Shown piece by piece: positions 43,287 to 48,165 of a stretch of DNA of 48,165 nt. Made by a program: the position numbers and the translations under genes. How positions within the stretch are numbered: the stretch's first letter is position 1; each line of letters opens with the position of its first letter. Origin of the DNA: a bacterium (GTDB lineage Bacteria > Patescibacteriota > Minisyncoccia > Minisyncoccales > UBA1441); NCBI GenBank assembly GCA_029559515.1, contig JAKQBO010000020.1, positions 1 through 48,165 of the forward strand. Reading direction: 5' to 3'. The notes beneath the pieces are model-generated. The model was not told where the DNA came from. It was given only the letters and a program-made list of their open reading frames with translations, and did not search any database.

Positions 43287-43850
43287 ATTAACCAATCCAC
43301 AAAAATAGATCAGTATTTTATCAACAATGCAATTGAGCAAGGTTTGAGGTGGGCTAAGAAGTCGCCGGATCAGATAAGATTAGTCGGCCCGGATGGAAAG
43401 CAGCTCGGCGTCTTCAATCTGGAACAGTCTTTAAATAAGGCTCGAGAAGAAGGCCTCGACTTGGTTTTAATCACGGCCAAAGCCAATCCGCCGGTTTGTC
43501 GCATCATCGAGGCCGGCAAATTCCTTTATCAGAAAAAGAAGGAAAAGAAAAAGACCGACTCCGTTGAGTCGAAAAAGCTTAAGATCAAGTTCAACACCTC
43601 AGAGCATGACATGGAGACCCGAGTCAACCAGGCCAAAAAGTTCTTAGCCAAAGGTAACCGGATCCAGGTGATTATGATGCTTCGCGGCCGAGAAAATGCC
43701 TTTCGGCCTCAGGCCGAAGATAAGATGAAACATTTTTTGGCAATGATCGAATCGGCTTGTCCGGTTAAGATAGAAAACCAAACTTCGCGCAAGTCAAAGA
43801 TAATTCAGTACGAGGTTTCGCCTAGTTCCCCTAAAAAACATGAAAGCTAA
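43287..43850 (+). CDS. infC: Translation initiation factor IF-3 (non-AUG start; exact start uncertain)
   Basis: It has the IF3 N-domain (QIRLVGPDGKQLGV...EEGLDLVLI...NPPVCRIIEAGKFLYQKKK) and C-domain. No in-frame ATG lies between the tmRNA end and the conserved region. Candidate starts are ATT 43287, ATA 43305, ATC 43320 and ATT 43332. Confidence 0.8.
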   Translation: MNQSTKIDQYFINNAIEQGLRWAKKSPDQIRLVGPDGKQLGVFNLEQSLNKAREEGLDLVLITAKANPPVCRIIEAGKFLYQKKKEKKKTDSVESKKLKIKFNTSEHDMETRVNQAKKFLAKGNRIQVIMMLRGRENAFRPQAEDKMKHFLAMIESACPVKIENQTSRKSKIIQYEVSPSSPKKHES

Positions 43851-44031
43851 AACAAGAAAATCTTTAGCCAGCCGATTTAAGGTGACCGGCACCGGCAAGG
43901 TGATGCGCCGGACAACAGGGCAGGATCACCTTCGGCAGAACAAGGCCAAGAGAGTAAAACAAGCCAAGCACAGCTGGGTAGAGGTCCCGCCGCCTTTGGC
44001 CAAGAAGATTAAAAAATTGATGAGAGGATAA
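43840..44031 (+). CDS. rpmI: 50S ribosomal protein L35
   Basis: It has the MKAKTRKSLASRFKVTGTGKVMRR pattern and sits in the canonical infC-rpmI-rplT order. Confidence 0.9.
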   Translation: MKAKTRKSLASRFKVTGTGKVMRRTTGQDHLRQNKAKRVKQAKHSWVEVPPPLAKKIKKLMRG

Positions 44032-44034
44032 AAC

Positions 44035-44379
44035 ATGCCTAGGACTAGTAGAGGAGCAACTGCTTCAACTAAAAAAAAGAATATATTAAAAGAAACTAAG
44101 GGTTTTCGCTGGGGGCGAAAGTCAAAATTTTGCCTGGCCAAAGACGCTTATCGCCACGCCCAGGTTCATGCCTATACTGATCGGCGACGCAAGAAGCGTG
44201 ATTTCCGGCAGCTGTGGCAGATAAGAATCAATGCAGCGGCCCGACAAAATGGATTAACCTACTCCCAGTTAATAGATAAATTAAACAAAGCTGAGGTGAA
44301 GGTAAATCGCAAGATGCTATCGCAGCTAGCGCAAGAAAAGCCTGAAAGCTTTGCCCAGCTCATTAAGAAAATAGTTTAA
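44035..44379 (+). CDS. rplT: 50S ribosomal protein L20
   Basis: It has the MPR...KGFRWGR...DRRRKKRDFRQLWQIRINAAAR hallmark sequence. Confidence 0.95.
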   Translation: MPRTSRGATASTKKKNILKETKGFRWGRKSKFCLAKDAYRHAQVHAYTDRRRKKRDFRQLWQIRINAAARQNGLTYSQLIDKLNKAEVKVNRKMLSQLAQEKPESFAQLIKKIV

Positions 44380-44385
44380 TAAAAG

Positions 44386-44421
44386 ACCCCTAGTCTAATT
44401 AAGACCAGGGGTTTTTGTTTT
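44386..44421. terminator. Bidirectional intrinsic terminator between the convergent rplT and membrane protein gene
   Basis: The sequence is ACCCCTaGTCT-aatta-AGACcAGGGGT followed by TTTTTGTTTT. The stop codon of the minus-strand gene lies in the hairpin loop. Confidence 0.7.
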
Positions 44422-45457
44422 GCCAAATTTGCTTTATCTTTTTAAACAAGACATCGGCTTTGTCTTCTAATATCTTGCCCGAGAAATAAAGCAGATAGAA
44501 AATACTAATAGCACAAACAACCAAGAACATCCCTCGCCAGACAAAACTAAGGCTAACAGCGGCGGCTCGGCCAAGGCCGAACGCCCCAAAGGCCATCGCC
44601 TGAAGAACTTCCATACTGCCGAGCGTAGCCGGCAGGAAGAACAGCAAACTCAGGCCGGCCAGGGCGTGAACCACCAAGGAATAAGAAATCGAAACCTGTC
44701 CGGTAATGAAGTAAAACAAACAGAACATCTGGGCCCAGGCGGCTAAGTTTTTAACCACAGTCGCTCCCAGAACGTGCCTGGAGCGACTCTGCCGAAGATC
44801 AAAAAAGCTAGCAATTTCGTTCTCTTCTTTTTCGAAATTAATTATTTTCTTCTTTTTCAACAGTTTTTTCAAACCAAAGATACGCAGGGCCGGCTCAACG
44901 ATGCTTTTTTTGTGGCGAATCCGATGAAAGGCATAATAAGCAAAGGCGATGGCTCCTAATGGAATCAGGGATAAAGATAAGATTAATTCTGGACTTTCGA
45001 ACCCGGTTAAGGCGCCAAAAACCAACAAGCCAATCAGAATAAAAACTGAATGAACTAGGAGATCAGCCAATTTATAGGTAATCAGAGAATTAACCCCTCG
45101 CCGCCAAGGCACCCGCATCTCCATGTTTAGTAGATATAAAACTATCGCTTCGCCGCCAATAAAGGCCATTGGTGTCACAAAACTAACCGCCGTGCCGATG
45201 ATCATAATCCGCCAAAGCTTCCGCCAGGGAAGACGATAGCCAATGTGGCGAAGAGTTTCCTGCCAGGCCAGAGTTGCCATCCCCTGGATCCCCAGGGTCA
45301 GCAAAACCAGCAACGCAAATTGCCAGGGTCTAATCAGCTGGAGCGATTCAATAATATTAGCCCACTCAACCTGGCCGCTAATCACCAAGAAAAAGAAAGC
45401 TCCGATCGTCAGTGTGACTAAAAAAATCAAGAAGTTTTTGAATGACATAATCGACAA
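44399..45457 (-). CDS. UPF0104 / LPG-synthase-TM (flippase-like) family membrane protein (352 aa)
   Basis: It has about 8 TM helices. The N-terminal third (…RPWQFALLVLLTLGIQGMATLAWQETLRHIGYRLPWRKLWRIMIIGTAVSFVTPMAFIGGEA) follows the family pattern. Confidence 0.6.
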   Translation of the reverse strand: MSIMSFKNFLIFLVTLTIGAFFFLVISGQVEWANIIESLQLIRPWQFALLVLLTLGIQGMATLAWQETLRHIGYRLPWRKLWRIMIIGTAVSFVTPMAFIGGEAIVLYLLNMEMRVPWRRGVNSLITYKLADLLVHSVFILIGLLVFGALTGFESPELILSLSLIPLGAIAFAYYAFHRIRHKKSIVEPALRIFGLKKLLKKKKIINFEKEENEIASFFDLRQSRSRHVLGATVVKNLAAWAQMFCLFYFITGQVSISYSLVVHALAGLSLLFFLPATLGSMEVLQAMAFGAFGLGRAAAVSLSFVWRGMFLVVCAISIFYLLYFSGKILEDKADVLFKKIKQIWQNKNPWS

Positions 45458-45489
45458 AGAAAAAGCACCAAAAACATTGTTTTTAGTGC
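45456..45489 (-). terminator. Intrinsic terminator after the 88-aa ORF
   Basis: The minus strand reads GCACUAAAAACA-aUGUUUUUGGUGC, a 12-bp stem with one G.U pair, followed by UUUUUCUUU. Confidence 0.55.
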
Positions 45490-45501
45490 ATTTTCATAAA
45501 A

Positions 45502-45768
45502 TCAAGCCTTGTAAACGCGGTAGCCTGGTCTAACCCGCTGGTCGACCTTCATACCCACCTCCTGCTTGGCTTTAGCCTGGTCAATCTTTTCGTGGTCAAC
45601 CTCCATCGAGGTTACCTCTTGGATAAAGTCAGTTTCTCCGCCAACAAACCTAATCTGATCGCCAACCTTTAGGGTCTTGCTCAAGCTGATCACGGCCACT
45701 CCGATCTGATCAAAATAATGAACGACTTGGCCGATTAAGTTTTTTTCGTCCAAATCTTCTTGAGGCAT
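45502..45768 (-). CDS. Small beta-barrel protein resembling EF-Tu domain II (translation-factor-like, 88 aa)
   Basis: The sequence IGQVVHYFDQIGVAVISLSKTLKVGDQIRFVGGETDFIQEVTSMEVDHEKIDQAKAKQEVGMKV has the G-D-x-h-x-h...G pattern of the GTP_EFTU_D2 barrel. Confidence 0.55.
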   Translation of the reverse strand: MPQEDLDEKNLIGQVVHYFDQIGVAVISLSKTLKVGDQIRFVGGETDFIQEVTSMEVDHEKIDQAKAKQEVGMKVDQRVRPGYRVYKA

Positions 45769-45824
45769 AAAATTAAAGATAATTTTTAATAATTTTGACC
45801 TTTATGGGTAAACCCATTGCTCTT

Positions 45825-45833
45825 ATTCTAGCA
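45825..45833 (-). promoter_or_regulatory. Extended -10 promoter TGcTAGAAT upstream of the 88-aa ORF (56-nt leader)
   Basis: The minus strand reads TGCTAGAAT (45833-45825). This is the third copy of this 9-mer in a promoter-appropriate position. Confidence 0.4.
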
Positions 45834-45870
45834 AAATTATCTCTTTTTTCCAGCCTCAGAAACTAGGTAG

Positions 45871-45942
45871 TACCCCCAAAAGGAATCGAACCTTCATCCC
45901 GGCCTCCGGAGGGCCGTGCTTTATCCGTTAAGCTATGGGGGC
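45871..45942 (-). tRNA. tRNA-Arg (anticodon CCG)
   Basis: The reverse complement is GCCCCCA-TA-GCTT-AACGGATA-AAGC-A-CGGCC-CTCCGGA-GGCCG-GGAT-GAAGG-TTCGATT-CCTTT-TGGGGGT-A. CCA is not encoded. Confidence 0.85.
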
Positions 45943-46578
45943 GCGATAAGCAACAATAAAGCAGTTACGGCGCCGACCTCTTTTTAAAAAACCTGCCTCT
46001 TCTATCAGAGCCCCTGATCTCAGAACCACTCTTTTTAAACCTCTCAAGCTAAAAAAATGGTAGTAGATTAAGGCCCGATCGCCCCATTGCCTCAAAAAAG
46101 AATTTCTATTTAACTTTTGCCAAAAGCTAATACGGTCCGGCTGCCAGACAGTAATTACTATCCGGCCGCCTGGTTTAACCACCCGAACGGCTTCGCTTAA
46201 AACCCTGGCCGCCGCTACCTCGGGGAGGTGATGCAGCAAGGCAATTAGCCAGACTGAATCAAAAAGACTATCCTGGTATGGAAGCTGACGGGCATCGCCG
46301 ACTCTAAAAGAAAACTCGGGATATTTTTGCCGGGCCGCCTCAATAAGATTCCTAGAAAGATCAAAACCGTGGTAATCTATTGTAGTCTGCTCAAATAATT
46401 TAATCAATCGTCCGTGGCCACAACCAAGGTCAAGAATACGATCGCCCTTCTGAACCAGCTTAGAAAAATATCTTAACTCTGGCCATATTTCTGGACGTGA
46501 AGCCTGAAATTCGTCAGCAATTTCATTGTAGCTTCGTTGGTTTAGAGCAATTAATTCATCTTCAGTCAATTTTTTCAT
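45928..46578 (-). CDS. Class I SAM-dependent methyltransferase (216 aa)
   Basis: It has SAM-binding motif I (ILDLGCGHGRL) and an acidic loop. Its last five codons plus the stop codon are encoded by nt 1-15 of tRNA-Arg. Confidence 0.8.
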   Translation of the reverse strand: MKKLTEDELIALNQRSYNEIADEFQASRPEIWPELRYFSKLVQKGDRILDLGCGHGRLIKLFEQTTIDYHGFDLSRNLIEAARQKYPEFSFRVGDARQLPYQDSLFDSVWLIALLHHLPEVAAARVLSEAVRVVKPGGRIVITVWQPDRISFWQKLNRNSFLRQWGDRALIYYHFFSLRGLKRVVLRSGALIEEAGFLKRGRRRNCFIVAYRAPIA

Positions 46579-48165
46579 GGATCAAAAAAGCACAGAAGCT
46601 TGCGAGCAAATTATTCTGGCCCTGTTAGAAAAGCCAGAACTGACGGAATTTGAATTGGGCAAAGTTAAGCGTGCGGTTGCTAAGAAATACCACATTTTTC
46701 AGCCTAAAAACTCTCAACTGCTGTCAGTTTATCACGAGCTAATCAAAGAAAAAAGAATCAATCCTCGCCCAGAGTTAGCCCGCCTTTTAATTACCCGTCG
46801 GGTCCGCTCTCTTTCCGGCGTCAGCGTAATTTCCGTTCTGACCAAGCCTTATCCCTGTCCCGGCCGATGTCTTTACTGTCCGGAACAAAAGGGCGTTCCG
46901 AAAAGCTACCTACGAAACGAACCGGCCGTGATGAGGGCCATTGATCATCAATATGACCCCTATCGCCAAGTGGCTAGCCGGATTGCCGCCCTGGTTTCTC
47001 TTGGCCACCCGACTGATAAACTAGAGCTAATCGTTATCGGCGGAACCTGGAGTTATCTGCCTCACGACTACCAAACTGATTTCATCCATCGCTGTTTCCA
47101 AGCAGCTAACCAACAACTGAGCCAGAGCTTATCCGAGGCTCATCGAATAAACGCCCAGGCCAAACATCGAATTATTGGATTAACGCTTGAAACTCGTCCT
47201 GACTATATTAATCCGGCCGAGATTAAGAGAATGAGGCAGCTCGGAGCGACTAAAGTTGAGCTGGGTGTTCAGTGTCTGGACGACAGGATTTTGTCTCTTA
47301 ACCAGCGGGGCCACGGGGTTAAAGCTGTGGCCCAAGCCACTCGTTGGCTAAAAGACGCCGGCTTCAAGGTTGGCTATCACTTAATGCTCAACCTACCCGG
47401 AGCCAGTATTGAACAGGAAAAATCTGCCGCTCAATTAATGTTTAATGATCAGAGATTCCGTCCTGATTTTTTAAAAATATACCCAACGGCTATCTTGCCC
47501 GAAGCCCCTCTCTATCGATGGTGGCAAGAAGGACGCTACAAGCCCTACTCCCGCCGGGAACTAATCGAGTTAATTAAATTTATTAAAGAGCGGGTGCCTG
47601 TCTATTGTCGTATCCAGAGGGTGATTAGAGATATTCCCTCTGAAAACGTACCCGTGGGGCCAGTTAAAACCACTAATTTAAGAGAGATTGTCTTAGCCGA
47701 GATGAAAAAAGAAGGCCGGGCCTGCCGTTGTATCCGTTGTCGAGAGATCAAGGAAAACCAGTCCGGCGAAGAGCCTGTTCTGTTTCGAGACGATTATTCC
47801 TCGGCCCAAGGCACGGAAATATTCTTGTCTCTAGAAAACCCCCAGAGAGACTGCCTCTCGGCTCTGCTTCGGCTCAGGATACCCTCTGGCGCCTTTTCTC
47901 AAAAGAACCATTTCTGGCCGGTACTTAATCGGGCGGCTCTGATTCGAGAATTACACACTTACGGTCGGCACCTGCCTTTGGGCGAAAAAGACTCTCTCTC
48001 CGCCCAGCATCACGGCTTAGGTCAAAAGCTAATAATCGAAGCAGAAAAAATTACTTCCCAGGAATTTGCCGATCGCGTTGACAAGATTGCCGTTATCGCC
48101 GGGATTGGCACTAGGGAATATTATCGTCGATTTGGCTATGAGCTCGAAGATACTTATATGGTCAA
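46577..48165 (+). CDS. elp3: Elp3-family radical SAM/GNAT tRNA modification enzyme (partial; 3-prime end cut by the window edge)
   Basis: I translated this by hand from ATG 46577. It reads MDQKSTEACEQIILALLEK...VRSLSGVSVISVLTKPYPCPGRCLYCP (Elp3 radical SAM cluster motif) ...GIGTREYYRRFGYELEDTYMV (GNAT C-terminus). The frame must be open to the window end, because no stop-terminated ORF is listed for it in the ORF track. Confidence 0.85.
   Translation, partial: MDQKSTEACEQIILALLEKPELTEFELGKVKRAVAKKYHIFQPKNSQLLSVYHELIKEKRINPRPELARLLITRRVRSLSGVSVISVLTKPYPCPGRCLYCPEQKGVPKSYLRNEPAVMRAIDHQYDPYRQVASRIAALVSLGHPTDKLELIVIGGTWSYLPHDYQTDFIHRCFQAANQQLSQSLSEAHRINAQAKHRIIGLTLETRPDYINPAEIKRMRQLGATKVELGVQCLDDRILSLNQRGHGVKAVAQATRWLKDAGFKVGYHLMLNLPGASIEQEKSAAQLMFNDQRFRPDFLKIYPTAILPEAPLYRWWQEGRYKPYSRRELIELIKFIKERVPVYCRIQRVIRDIPSENVPVGPVKTTNLREIVLAEMKKEGRACRCIRCREIKENQSGEEPVLFRDDYSSAQGTEIFLSLENPQRDCLSALLRLRIPSGAFSQKNHFWPVLNRAALIRELHTYGRHLPLGEKDSLSAQHHGLGQKLIIEAEKITSQEFADRVDKIAVIAGIGTREYYRRFGYELEDTYMV

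Noticed and set aside
47728-47928. A 66-aa plus-strand ORF near the right edge.
   Set aside because: It is out of frame within the Elp3-like gene, whose frame (from 46577) is open to the window end and carries family motifs.

Overview
This is a gene-dense window, almost entirely coding, with many 1-23 nt gene overlaps. By inference it comes from a small-genome anaerobic bacterium of the CPR/Patescibacteria type. Supporting signs are NrdDG, ThyX, 2-oxoacid:ferredoxin oxidoreductase, GspG-like pilin N-termini and minimal aaRS forms. The content is mostly housekeeping:
- Seven aminoacyl-tRNA synthetases: His, Pro, Leu, Met, Gly, Ile, Arg.
- Division and protein quality-control genes: ftsA-ftsZ, clpB, htrA, lepB.
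- Nucleotide and DNA metabolism: nrdDG, dcd, thyX, topA, recO, comEC.
- Translation-related genes: pth, smpB-ssrA-infC-rpmI-rplT, rpsU.
- Four tRNA genes: Ser-UGA, Ser-GCU, Leu-CAA, Arg-CCG.
- A partial bacterial Elp3 homolog at the right edge.

No CRISPR array, IS element or recognisable defense system was seen. The observations most worth follow-up are:
1. An unannotated, roughly 159-nt structured RNA on the minus strand between pth and topA. It has a perfect TTGACA-16-TATAAT promoter, a 28-bp closing stem, an anti-SD-like loop and an intrinsic terminator.
2. An IleRS carrying a complete histidine-phosphatase (RHG...H) domain inserted into its catalytic core.
3. A 908-aa protein next to ComEC that combines a pilin-like N-terminus with 14 tandem ~44-aa propeller-type repeats.
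4. An FtsZ that stops at the end of the globular core, with no linker or C-terminal peptide.
5. A ProRS whose INS editing domain is replaced by a CxxC-x17-CxxC knuckle.
6. A recurrent TGnTAnAAT element 6-13 nt upstream of ATGs, implying leaderless mRNAs.
7. Direct abutment or overlap of mRNAs with tRNA and tmRNA genes.
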